A DNA stretch of 64,000 nt, taken from contig NC_043000.1 in the NCBI RefSeq assembly GCF_006345805.1, positions 57,288,001-57,352,000 of the forward strand, read 5' to 3'. Within the stretch, counting starts at the first letter, position 1. Each line of letters starts with the position of its first letter. The notes below the pieces were generated by a model that made no database searches, was not told where the DNA came from, and saw only the letters and a program-made list of their open reading frames with translations. This document shows, piece after piece, positions 23,983-36,360 of the stretch. Position numbers and translations under genes: made by a program. This DNA comes from Octopus sinensis (lineage: Eukaryota).

Positions 23983-24452
23983 TGATACTGTGTAGCAAAA
24001 TTTTTATTTATTTGTCTTTGGTCAGTAAGTGTTATTTCCTATTTCATTCTCTCTTGAAATCAAAGGAAACGACTACTATTCCCTTCAAACTTTGCTTTTG
24101 TGACAGGGACATCAATGTTTCGAAACTGACCTATTTTCCATTACATTTCAGACAGATTCAGTGCTGGGTTGCAGAAGCAGAAGCATTGTTATAGCAAATA
24201 TTCTGCTCAATACCACAGATTTGCTCATCAGTTGCTTGAGCTTAACCACTTGAGCATGTCTCTAATTTGCTGACAATGAGGACCACTGGTCCTGAGCAGG
24301 AGTAGTGGGGGATTCTTTGGGGGTTAGAAAAAAATGTAATAAAAGCAAAGTTTGAAGGAAATATTAACCATTTTCCATATTTTCTAAGGGTAAGCAAATA
24401 GGGAATAACAGTTGCTACCCAAGGACAAAAATCATGTTAAACAATGTTATCA
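23983..24452. mobile_element. Same TIR element, copy 2
   Basis: Colinear similarity to 11622-12086. Confidence 0.7.
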
Positions 24453-25765
24453 TAATCTGTTAGAATCACTTTCTTGTACATTTCCCTGCACAGTCGCATT
24501 TATTCTAAAATGAAGAACCTAAAATATGTATTTAACCTTTTTGATACCAACTGCATGAGACTGACCACTAATCCTGTAACACAAAACTTTTCTATTAAAG
24601 TGTCTATATTTAAATCAAAACCTTCCATCATAATTTTATGAGCTTAATAATTTTCTAACATAGGCACAAGGCTAAAAAGTTTAGGGAGGAGATTAGTCAA
24701 GTAATCCTTTAATTGTGGAATTAAATTTCATGGTTATTCCAGTGATAATGCTAAATATTTACCAAAAAATAGAGTTGGTATTTTCTGCGAATCACATTGC
24801 CACAATAAACATGACATTACTCAAAAGATAGATTGGTATATAAAAGTGCTTTCTGCAGTTAAGACTATTGAAATTTTGAGTGGATATACCCAATTTCCAC
24901 ATTAAAAGGATTAAACTGACCTCAGTTTTTCACTAGTACTTCATTTTATTGGCCCAAGGAAACTGAAAGTTGACTTTGGTGGATTTAAACTCAGAAAAGC
25001 CACAAGTATTGCATGGTATTTTTCCCAACGCTTTAAGGACCCTACTACAAAATATTTTTTCAAAGGTGGCTAAATCTCTCCAAATTCTTGATTATTTTCA
25101 GAATTGAAACATACAGGCAGTATACATTCATGAGAAATGTAGTCACAAAGAAGTTAAAATTTAAAGACTAAAAGCAAAGTAACTCTTCATTCTTTAGTTG
25201 TTTCAGACTAAAGATCAATATTAATGAGAGACTCAAAATAGCACAATCGCTTATTGAAAATTCTTTTCAAACAGTTGAAATTCCTTTTTTTCAATAATAA
25301 AGAGAGAAAGGAATAAATAACGTGTTTCCATTACTGGTAAATCATGTAGGAAACTTCAAAACTTTTTGGAAATTCTTATAGGCTCAATGCCAGAAATTTT
25401 CCAATAAAAGCTGCAATCTCAAAATTTTCCATTTACATGTTATCTTCAACACCATTACCATCATGCAGAGCATAAACTTCTCATTCACTTCTCCCATTTG
25501 TTGTTGACATTATGAAAATCAACTATCAAGATAAGATGTTTTATCTTGCAAAAACTAAAGTATGTAATATTATATTTTGTATACTGCAATAGTGGGCAGA
25601 CTTGAATAACAAAGATCAACAATGATCTTTCAATGTTTGTGAGATGTAACACTTTATTGGAACTGAAATTGTATTTTCTCCTCTTACACTCATTTTAATT
25701 TTATTTCAAAAAAAAATTATATATATAGGCACAGGAGTGGCTGTGTGTTAAGAAGCTTGCTTCCC

Positions 25766-26820
25766 TGCGCATGCATTGGTCAGTGTTTCCTTTGCACTGC
25801 TAGGAGTCACGTCACTGTATATCAACGTCATGAATTATTGAAAAAGTGAAGCACAGCTACCAAGTAAGGCATTTGTTTTTTTGGATTCAGTGGTGGTTTG
25901 TTGCTCATGTTTATTTATTTTTGTTGAACAAGTAATCTCCACTGAGTTCCAAGCATTTGTCTGCCTTTGGTTGTGTTAAAATCTCATTTAGCTGTGAGAA
26001 GTGTGATGGGGGGGGGGGGCATATCTCTCCTATTATAATTGTGCTTATATTTTATCAGTTTTGTGTGACTGTTTTGTGCCCTTACCAAGAGGATTACAGA
26101 GTTGGCCAGGAGTACCAGGACAGCCAGAATAGTTTGCCGTGCTTTTTGAACTGTTTCTTGTCTTCTCCCTTCCTTCTTGCATTTTTATGTCTTTTTGAAC
26201 ACTGAACTTTTGTTTTTTGCGAACTTTAAAAAAAAAACATGGCAAAGAAGACAAATAACATTGTGTTGGAATGGGAGTTTGTCCTACACAAACAGTGGAT
26301 GAAAGACTGAGTAAGTCCTTAACACCACTGTCCTCTCTTCAAAGTCGCTCGACATCATCGCCCTCTTTCAAAAGACTCAAATTGAAAAAGAGTTGGTAGA
26401 ATATTTGCCAACTATTAAATTCATCTCCAGGGATGGGGTCAAATATGCAACGGTGTGGTTGCTATTTGACACCCCTGAGGAGGCTCGCAAATTTGCAAGC
26501 CAGCCCTTAGAGGGTAAAGAGATTTTGTTTCTTCCTATGTATGGTGGGAAGAAGTTGACAAGAGCTTGGGTCTACAAGTTGCCACCCGGGTTAGAACATG
26601 AGCGGATAGAGGACACTATCCGCCGGTGTCTGGGTTGCAGCGGATCCAAGCTACTTAATGTTAAAATTTTGCCATTGGCTGATTGGGTTGGGTCAAAAGC
26701 TGTTTGACCCTGTGGACCCAATCAGCCAAGAATCTAGTTTTTCCAGATTTTTTTTAAATGGCTGGTTTCAGGTACCCGGTGATTCTTGAGGGATGCCCCA
26801 CCAAGTGTCACCTGTGCCTG
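25766..26820 (+). mobile_element. 5' end of a Tx1/L1-like non-LTR element: 5'UTR plus disrupted ORF1 (RRM-like region and start of a zinc knuckle)
   Basis: ORF 26393-26707 (LFDTPEEARKFA…FLPMYGGKKLTRAWVYKLPPGLEHERI), then GFRYPVILEGCPTKCHLC at ~26764-26817. Family call is pattern-based. Confidence 0.55.
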
Positions 26821-27489
26821 AAACTGCATTGTCTTCTAATTACAGATTGCTTGACTGAGTGTACTTTATTGCACCACTTAAAAATAACTGCAATAACAAT
26901 GTTAGAATAGCTTTAAAAATGGTGGTGCCTTATGCAATACCTTATCAGAGAATAAAGCAATGACAGGTATAAAATACTTTTTTTCTATTTATAATCATTT
27001 CATATACTCAAGACTTGTATTTGTGTTAAGGTAAAAGTTTTTAGAACATAAAATTACTTCCATTTTTTTTTCTATTAGACCAGATGTTCTTAACCATTTT
27101 TCACCTATAAACACCTTTGATCCTATTTTTACATGGGTGGACCCTCATAACCATTCGAAGCTTTAAAAAATCCTATTGTATTTTTATAATTAAATATTAT
27201 TTAGAATTGTATTTAAAAAATATATATATATTGTGTATTGTAGAAGTATAACCACTTTATTGCACATTAAATCTTGACAAAATCTTCTATGGGCTCCACA
27301 AGGGTCATACAGACCCCGGTTCAGAACTATTTTATTACACATACTCAAATATTGATTAGTTTGATATTCCAAAATTTCATCTAAGAATAAAAAAGATATA
27401 AGATTTTGCTGGTTTCATAACATTCATTGCAATTAGACTCTAAAAAGAAATTTAAATTCTATCCAATAACAAATTCATAAGATAATATA

Positions 27490-27665
27490 GGTGCAAGCTC
27501 GACTGTGTGATTAACAAATCCACTTCCCAACCATGTGATTTCAGGTTCAGTCCCGCTACATAGAATCTTGGGCCTTCTAGTATAACCCTGGGGTGATCAA
27601 AGCCCTGTGAGAGGATTTGGCAAACAGAAACTGTATGTATAAATGTGTGTGTGTGTGTGTATTTA
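27490..27665 (+). mobile_element. tRNA-headed SINE family B. Other copies ~12390-12665, 16080-16250, 25726-25765 (head only), 30060-30200, 38540-38750(-), 41290-41387, 49760-50000, 58340-58510(-)
   Basis: Shared ggttcagtcccactg…ccttgggcaagtgtcttctactatagcc…gatttggtagac-gaaactg followed by (TG)n/(TA)n. Confidence 0.7.
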
Positions 27666-29469
27666 TGTATTGGCATCTCACTTGCTTCAATGCAAGTTAC
27701 AGTGTACTGAAGTTATAGTGGTGGTGTTGTCAGTGCTCATCAACAAATCCTCCACTTGCTTGACACCTTCAAAGCTGTGAGGAACAAGAAGACTTTTACT
27801 TGAAAAACAAAAGTAACATGAATGGCATCCAACTATAAAATAATACTCCAATAACATATTCACTTAACCACAGGGATATGCAAAAACAGATCTAAAAATG
27901 AATAACATGATAATGTCTAATATTTTTAAACTTGGGATGCAAACTTGTTGTGGAGGAATACAGACAAGTGATCAACCTCAGCAGATGACTGATACTGACA
28001 ATCTTAGATGGCTGGGCACTAAAATTAAGCATAGCAGTATTAGAACATAGAGGGATGAAACAAAAGTATTTTGTCTTGTACTCTACCATTTTGGCCATTC
28101 CATAATGATTTCTGACAAAGATACAGAGCCTCACATACATTTAGAAGGAGTAGTGAATTAAATAATAGGCTCTAATGCATGACTTCTAAATATCTTAATG
28201 GCTACTGAATATAGAAAAAGTAAATTCTTCTGGGATTTGAATAATATCATCATTTTTATGTTTGCTTTCCATGCTAGTATGAGTTGAACAGGCTGTTATG
28301 GTTTGAGTCAGATCTTACTCAGAATTACTACCTTTGGAAGACCACACCCCACATTCCAATTATGGCATAGTTTCAATTGCTAGATGCTCTTCTCATACTC
28401 ACCACTTTATTATGACAGTAGCATTAGAGGAGTTGCCACATCTTTAATAAGAGACTTAGGAACCTCTCAATCCTGCAGTGTCTTCATTTGTTTAAAGTTT
28501 CATGATATGACCTAGAGTGGTGGCAATGGTGGCAGGTTGAATGGGTGAAAGGAGCAAGAGGAAGTAATGGAAGAGAGACAGTAATGGCATGTGTTTGCTG
28601 TAGTGAGAGAGAGTTTGAGTGATGGATGCTAACTGAGATAGTGGGTGGCCTTGATTACGACTACTCCCTTTCACTGGTGTGATCTGAGGTATCTATCAAA
28701 GATGATAAGGATTATTGATTTCAAGACAGACCAAAAATGAGAGCTGTGATGTTTATGTGTTTTCAAAAACTGAATTATCAATATAAGTAGAAAAAAAATA
28801 GCTTTCTATAACTGGTCATCAAAATTAAGTTATTGACATGTTTACCTCTTACTCTTAGTTCTAACTAATCTTATACTTAGAGAAACTATTGGTCTCTTTT
28901 TCAACAGAGGGCTTAAAGATAACAGGAAGATGCTTTTTCCAAAACATCAGCAGCAGAGGTAAAGTGAGATGATATTAACCAATAATCCAGATACACAGCT
29001 ATGCTTACTTCATATTCAATATCATTTACTATGCCTGTGTAGGAATACTTAGAATATTGTTTTTAAATTTTGGCACTTTCGGGTGAGGATGAAAGGCAAA
29101 GTCAAGCTTGGCAAAATTTGAACTCAGAACATAACGGATGAAATGCCACTAAGCATTTTGCCTAGTGTGCTAATGATATTAATAGCTCACCACCCTAGGA
29201 ATATCTAGAATATTATTAGACCGAACTCAATATAAAAAACAAAAACACTTTCAAATCAAAACTACAATTTTACTACTTTTTTTTAATTACACATTTAGTA
29301 TAGCAGGTTAGATGGCACTGTTACTGAATATATACTTTATACTGCAATACCTTTCTGTTCCAAGAATACTGCAGAGATAAACAACTCTGGAAATAATGTA
29401 ATGTTTAACTGGGCTAATCCAAAATTTTAATGACTTGACAACTCTAGTTCTTTATAGATATCTTATATT

Positions 29470-30540
29470 TGACAATTAGAATGTTCAGCTTGTGACTGAT
29501 ATTTGACAGAAAATAGTTTCAAGTTGATTTTGATATGAAGCCATTTAGAAGAGCCAAGTGTTGCCCAAATATTTAGTACCAAGAAAACAAAAACCTTTGT
29601 CAGGGTATCACACACTGTAGTTTCGTGGTTACTAAGAAAACTAAGTGTAAATAAATGGTTTGTGAGAGCCATGCAAGCAATGAACAGAAATACTGTCAAC
29701 CAGAGGAGAGTGAGCAACAAGTTCAGTAAGGAATTCAGCAAACAGGTAAGTATCTATCAGAGTTTGTTTCTCAGCCTTTCTTGTTTATCATAGTACTCCA
29801 AGCTATAACAGAGGACTTTAAGAGTGACTGCCCATGGGAAATTTTAAATACTGATGACCTAGTTCCCATAGTTGAATCCATCAAAGAAATTACAAAAATT
29901 CTGAATGCAAAAGTGAAGCCTTGAAGTAAACTTAGCAAAAATGAACATTCTAGTTAACAGGAGACTCAAATGTAATTATGGATTGGCCAGCCTTGGAATT
30001 TCATACAGTGTGTACAAAGTGTAAACTACAGGCATACAAAAAAAGAGGGTTACAAGTAGGTTTACAGTGCAGGTATGCTGAGTTGTGAAGAAGTTCACTT
30101 TGTTATCATGAGGCTTTAGGTTCAATCCTACAGCATGATAGCCCAAAGTAATCCAAGCCTTGTGAGTAAAATTGGAGAGATGGAAACTTAAGCTAATCAC
30201 ATAAATTATATCTGTTATTCAAGTATTTAGCTGTGTTATATATTGTCATGCTGATTTAGCCAGAGGACTGTTAAGAGTACAAGTGTTTGTAAAACACTAA
30301 GCCACTTGCATATTAATTTAACAAGCAGACAGTTCTGTTGATCAAACTGAAGAACTACAGAAGTTGATAGAAGCTCCATCATGTAGCAGGTGCATCTGAG
30401 TAGTATTAAGAGCACCCAAGAAATTAATTTCTCCAAATGCTTGGAAAGCTTCCTAGAAGTAGATGGCAGCTTCTATTATCTAGGTGGCCTAATCAGCAGT
30501 GGAGACAGATGCTGCAAAAGCAGAGACTCAGTAAGTACAG
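29470..30540 (+). mobile_element. Degenerate RTE LINE RT fragment with a nested family B SINE
   Basis: Across frameshifts: FVRVSHTVVSWLLRKL…LFIIVLQAITEDFKSDCPWEILNTDDL. Confidence 0.75.
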
Positions 30541-30785
30541 CGTAGAAATAGTATTGTAAGGTTTGACAAGAGCTAATGCTTTTTGCATTAATAATCTAAG
30601 TGACTAACATTTATTTTGAACAAGAAAAATAATACATATTTGAAAATATATTCACAAAACAGCATTTTAATTTTGTTTTTCCACCTAACACTACTAAAAG
30701 GATGGAACTACATTATATCTATTAGATGATAAAAATGAAGAAGTGGAAGAGACAAAGTTTTTTGAGCTTTACCTTAGCTGAGGTT

Positions 30786-31070
30786 ACAGGCTGTTCTGAG
30801 TATCTCCTGGAAAAAGTATCTTACCAAACAAAGATTGTGTAGCAGTCTTCTTGCAATCACTGATGCCATTAGAGAGAGAGAGACATACAATTCACATGAG
30901 ACTGTGGAGAGCAAAGCCATCCCACAGAAATCTTTATCAATGGGTGCATTTCCATAAGCTATGCAAAACTGTGAAAGATGATCAAATTGAGCAAATCTGA
31001 GCAAGCTCAAGAAGATAATTATAGAGGTGTAATCATACAGAAAACAACATAAACACATGAAATTAAACAA
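30786..31070 (+). mobile_element. RTE-type ORF2 C-terminal fragment, different family
   Basis: (L)SISWKKYLTKQRL…ITDAIRER…CGEQ-like, resembling LNISWKQHxTN…IRERRLRFAGHCWR. Confidence 0.5.
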
Positions 31071-34000
31071 AGACTATGAGTCTTTAATGGAACCTCTACA
31101 TGGTTGCTCAAACTATGTCCTTAAAAAAAGATGCATTGGACAACGCGGTCCTAGATATAATATGCCTGTAAAAAAAAAAAAATGCTCACAACTAGAAAAC
31201 TTTTCTTTGAGCATAGTTCTGCTTCTTTAAGATTTTTTACCTCTTTTTTATGTTTCTCAGCCAGGAGGAAGAACAGTACCCACAACTGTTTGCAGGACCT
31301 CTTAGGCTATTAAGAGCAAAGTATCCTCAGACGAAAAATCTGACCTGATTGCTTGCAGTACAGGGGACTGTACTAAGGGCACCAAAGAACCAGGTGGTAG
31401 TATTCAAATGGGTGACTGGACTAAGTCTACCATCCAGATAGGCTACAACAGGATTTGAATTCAAAACGCAAAGAAAATAGTCTGCTTAACAATCATACAA
31501 ACCAAAGAGAAATCACTCAGAGCAAGGTCATACATGCAACTCAGTGATACTTTTAAAAGTTGACCTTTTCTTCTTCTTGTTACTACTCGATTCATACCAA
31601 ATAGCATCCAAACAATTTAGCTACCAAGGCTGAATGGCATTGTAAAATAATCAGCTTTAATTATTTTCAGTTGGGTCGTAAATTCATTTAAATGACTCAT
31701 AGTAATGAAGTAACTAGCAATTAAGTATCAAAGGAAAGAAAATTAAAAAAGAAAAAAATTCAGTGCCTGGCTCTTCCTTACACTGAACTTGGAGAAATAA
31801 TTATGGTATGTCAACCAAACTAACCTATTCTGCAATACTTAATATTTCCCAAGTAGCTTTAATGTGTACAGTTTCTGACGGTCTAATGGATGATATAAAA
31901 TAAAGCAATATTTCCTAGAAGTTACAGAGATTATTTAAGTAGGTCAGTAATAGGTTATTCATGAGCCAACTTCAATCAAGCATACCCATAATCAAAGACT
32001 TTCCAACCATCATGACCAATACACCTTTTGATATAGATATTGTGTATCCAGGACTACACTATTCAATGTGTTCTGTCTTTTTTAAGGCTGTGATCTGAGA
32101 GACATTTAGCTGATATTTCTAGGATATCAAACAATGATACAGGTGCTTTCTCACTGGCTTCCAAATACTGTGAAAGCTTGATAAAATCTGCTGGATCAAT
32201 TAAGCGTAACAGTTATTGACTTTGAGCAAAGTCCATTAAACTAATAAAGATGGGAAGACAGAAACCACTACTCATGGGTTGCTGCAGTAAGAAGCATCAA
32301 GATATAAATGTAGAGACCTAACCCAAATGCTTGCAACAGAGCTGACTCCATTAAAATCAATTTCAGGTGAAGGAATGGCATAAAACCAGATGCCAAATTT
32401 ATTTACCGCCGAAGAACAGAAAAAAAACAAAACAAAAAAAAAACCCAGTCTATCCCAGACTTCTACATAGTCTCCATCTAACCAAGGCTCTCATAGGCAT
32501 TTGAAAAAGTACAATGCAGTAACATTGAGCCCAGAATGATGCCATGTCTTTGTGAATCAAACTTCTCAACGACATGGCTATGCCTGTGCATATGCTAACC
32601 AAATTGTGTTGTGTATAATTTCATTTCATATCACCATTTAACATGTTTTCCATGCTGGCATGGGTTAGATGGTCTGACAGGAGCTGTTAAACTAAAGAGT
32701 TGCACCAGGTTCAAGTCTGTTTTTGGCTGGGTTTCTACAGCTAAATGCTCTTCCTAACACCAGCTACTCTACATAGTGTCTTTTACATGTCACTGGCAAT
32801 GGCCAATACCATGATCTCACTTAGCTTGACGTGTCTTCTCAAGCACAGCAAATTGCCAAAAGTCTTGGTCACTTATCACCTCTATGAGACTCAACATCAC
32901 TCAAAAATGTTATAACCATCCATTTCTACACAATCAGATGGTTAAATGATGATCCAAATAGTATCATATATAGAACTCATATGGAACATTATACTGAAGG
33001 AATTTAACTGTTTTGTTTATATCATCCTTAGACTAATACTACTTTGGATAAATCTTCAAAATAACCGTTCTCAATTTGCACTTCATCATGTGAAGATTTT
33101 TTTTTTTTCTAAAAATCTCAGCTAAACAACAACTTTTTGCCCAAACTACTATTTTGGATGATCCATTTTTATCACATATCAACATGCACTCTTAATAACT
33201 CAGTTTACCCATCCTACAAACTAATATCACAGGTGCTAGAAGGAAACCTCTCTGAGATTGCTCTATTTGTTAAACCAACTATTATAAAAGAAAAAAAGAA
33301 ACCCAGGAAGATAAACATCTGAATAAAAAACAGTATGGGCACAGCCTGAAAGCCATTTATACTAGCTAACCTAGCTAATCTAGATCAGAGCAGAACTGGA
33401 ACTAAACACTGGCTTCCCTGAGCAGTATTGCAATCACATAGAAAAGATTTTGTTAGCAAAAACAGTGGCTCAACATTCTCAGCTCACATAGAGAAAACTT
33501 AATATGAAAGGTTAAATGAAAGTTGACCACGATTTTTATTTTCAGTTAAACAAGGAAGATTTAATGTAAAATAGATTCAATCACATGACACTAATGTTGT
33601 TGCTGTTAACCTCAAATCAAGTCTGTTCAAGTAGAAACTCGTGATGAAAAGCTTTCCAAGTCACCCTTTTTTATTCCAAGATAATTCTCGCCCCAAAGCA
33701 TTTTCATGAGTTTGTCCTAAACGTCTAAGCTTGTTTTCAGAATGTTAGTTAGCCCTTGTTTCAAACGTCCTGAGTAAAATCTATCCTTCCATATGTCCCA
33801 AGTTACTCTGGTAACTGAAAACAATTGGGAATGTGCATCATATATGATGCGTGAACACCAAAGAAATATGTCCTGCGTATCACATGTCTAAGCGTCAGCC
33901 TAGACTGTTTGGTCATGTTGTTCGATTTTCCTGCGTACTGTTTTCTTCTCTGATGATCCGGTTGGGGTGACGGCTTGTGTGTCGGCCACATGTATCATAG

Positions 34001-34299
34001 TCACGGCGGATGAGGAAGTATTTCAGGGAGATAGGAACTGACTGGGACACTGCTTAGAGGGTTGCTCGGGGCAACTGGAGTAGATACCGATAAATGGTGA
34101 ATGCAAGGAGGCACTGTACTGGAACATTTCCCCATACTCAAACCATAACGTGCAATACACAGGAAAGGCAAAGGGTTAAAACTTAGTGACAGAGTATATA
34201 CAATAGTGATCCTTACAAGTGATATATGAGATTTACAGGAAAGCCTAAGAAGGTAAAACGTTAAAAAAAAAATCAAAACTTTCGACAGACGTGTTATTT

Positions 34300-34520
34300 A
34301 GTTGTTGCATAACCCCACGTCAGCTCTGGCTGAGTACACCTATGATTAAAGGTGATACAACCATGACTAGCTCATTAATATTCCTGACACAGTATACTTT
34401 CCTTCTTTATTAAGGCGACAGGGTGTGATTTGTGGAGATTTGGTTGCTATTTCTAACACGTCGAGTGATAGCGTCTCGGTCCACCACTACCAACTCTCGA
34501 TTAACTTCTTTTAGAACAAA
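34300..34520 (+). repeat. Dispersed ~200-bp repeat (family E), class unassigned. Copies ~3950, 4930, 8660, 15845, 19180, 23410, 31960, 33600, 52430 (+) and ~62800 (-)
   Basis: Shared agcagacctatgatyaaag…ttccagccatgac…gtgtgatttg…gatttggytgctatttctagca motifs. Confidence 0.6.
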
Positions 34521-36231
34521 ACCCTCATGCTTAAAATGTAACAGAACAGAACTCTCTCGATTAAAAAAATGAAAAGCCATAAAAATATTGATTAACATAT
34601 TTAATTTTTATTCCTTATTATATGTACAGTGATAAACTGTAGAGGGGGAAGTGGATTATTTCAACACTAGTGCTCGACTTGTACTCAACTATATGAACAC
34701 AAAAATGGATTTTGTCCGGATTGCTAAGCGTCTACAAAGAAAGCTCTACCGTTGGCTCGTGCTTATTTAGTAATTTGCTTTTTAATGAGATTTGTATTGA
34801 ATAAATACCCAAATAGAAAGGCGATACACTTTAGAAAACGACAAAGAAAATAACGTTTCAAAATTATAAAAAAAAAATTATGAAAGACAGAAAGTGATTC
34901 TTCAACAGCCAAAGTGTCCCTGCCAGAAAAAGTCTTCTGACTTTCCGATTTCCACTGCAAATTCCTTTAAAGCAAACATCCACAACACTAATAAGGCGGT
35001 TGATTCCAAGAAGACTAACTGGTAACTTCAACAGACGAAAGTGAAATCTATTAACCAGTATTCCGTTTAGTAATCTATTGAGGAAGTCTGACGATTACTG
35101 TTTTTCATGTTGTGGGTGGAATTAAAATCTAAACAGATTTCTTTACTGTATTTTTAGTATTCAAAAATTAATCCAGGAGCTAAAGGAACTCCTTACAACA
35201 GAATACATTCGGGCAACAGATAAACATGAAAAAATATATAAATTTCGTTCATTTATATATAAATACTGGTAATACTCCATTCAAACTACAATTAAAATTT
35301 TATATGGTTTAATTGAAGTTAACGTTTTTCTGCTTCAATATCCTGTACAATGAACAAAATACGATGTTTAAACATTTATGTGTGTGTGTCGAAACAAGGC
35401 AAAAAGACTTTTGAGATAGAATGGTCTAGAACAAAGTAAATTAATACAAGAAAAAAAAACTTGATTAGCCATTCACTATTGGGTCCAAACAAAGATAGAT
35501 TATGCGACAGTGTAATACAGGTAATGTAACGGCCACAGACAAAATGATTGGTCAAAGTGATAAATTTCCCCAAAAAGACAAACGAAACCAACTTCTTAGG
35601 GACATTAAATATGAGTCGTAAACGAAAAAATAAAATATTACGAGACGAGATTACAGAAGATCACTATACACACACACACAACGAATATATATATATTTTC
35701 AAAATATATCACTAAGTCAGAATACGTGAAGCTTTATCTCATTTTCATTTTATATATTTGAAGAGAGGGCGAAGTGATATATAGATATTACACGAATGTG
35801 TGTGTATATATGTATATATATACGCAGAAATCACATACAAAAATTATTCTAAACATTGATTTCTTTTTGTAACTTGATAATGAAAAAACTTGAATACTGA
35901 GGAAGTTTCTCATAACGTAAAAAAAAATAATAATAAGTATTGGAGTCTGTAGAAAAATGTCTTAAGTAAAGAGTAATGTATTGTTAAATGTAAAATGATA
36001 TTGGCTAAGATCCATGTCATAGTTTCAACATTGTTGTCGAAACAAGTCATTTTCAGCTCAGCTGTTCAGCCAACTGCTAGAGAAATACAAGTCATGATAT
36101 TAAAATATTACACATATATGTATTATTTAAAATTTACATCTACATTAAAGATGTCATTCGTTAGAGATTAAACATTCGATAGGAAAAAAGCTTATGATTT
36201 TTTTTCCATTATAATGATTATTATTATTTAC

Positions 36232-36273
36232 CTGGAAAGTGGATAACAGCTCGGCTCTAGCGACTTCCGCCAT
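36232..36273 (-). CDS. FAF1: FAF1 coding exon 1 (MAEVARAELLSTFQ; start of UBA domain)
   Basis: ATG in aacaaccATGG context, 42 nt, ends CAG|gtaaat (phase 0). Resembles human FAF1 N-terminus (…DREMILADFQ). Lies in a locally CpG-rich region. Confidence 0.8.
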
Positions 36274-36360
36274 GGTTGTTTAGTTACTCATGCGCATGTT
36301 GCTCATCGTTGTAAACATTTTACAGCTCTGTAGAAGACATTCAAAAGTTTCGTAACAATT
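36274..36360 (-). promoter_or_regulatory. Probable FAF1 5'UTR/core promoter with palindrome CATGCGCATG (36289-36298, NRF1/Ewg-like half site)
   Basis: Directly upstream of the ATG; CpG density around 33.7-37 kb is visibly higher than in the rest of the window. TSS not determinable. Confidence 0.35.

Noticed and set aside
33780-34276. CpG-rich segment with two short minus-strand ORFs
   Set aside because: Only faint RTE C-terminal resemblance (RLTLRHVIRR); CpG retention is explained by proximity to the promoter; not assignable.
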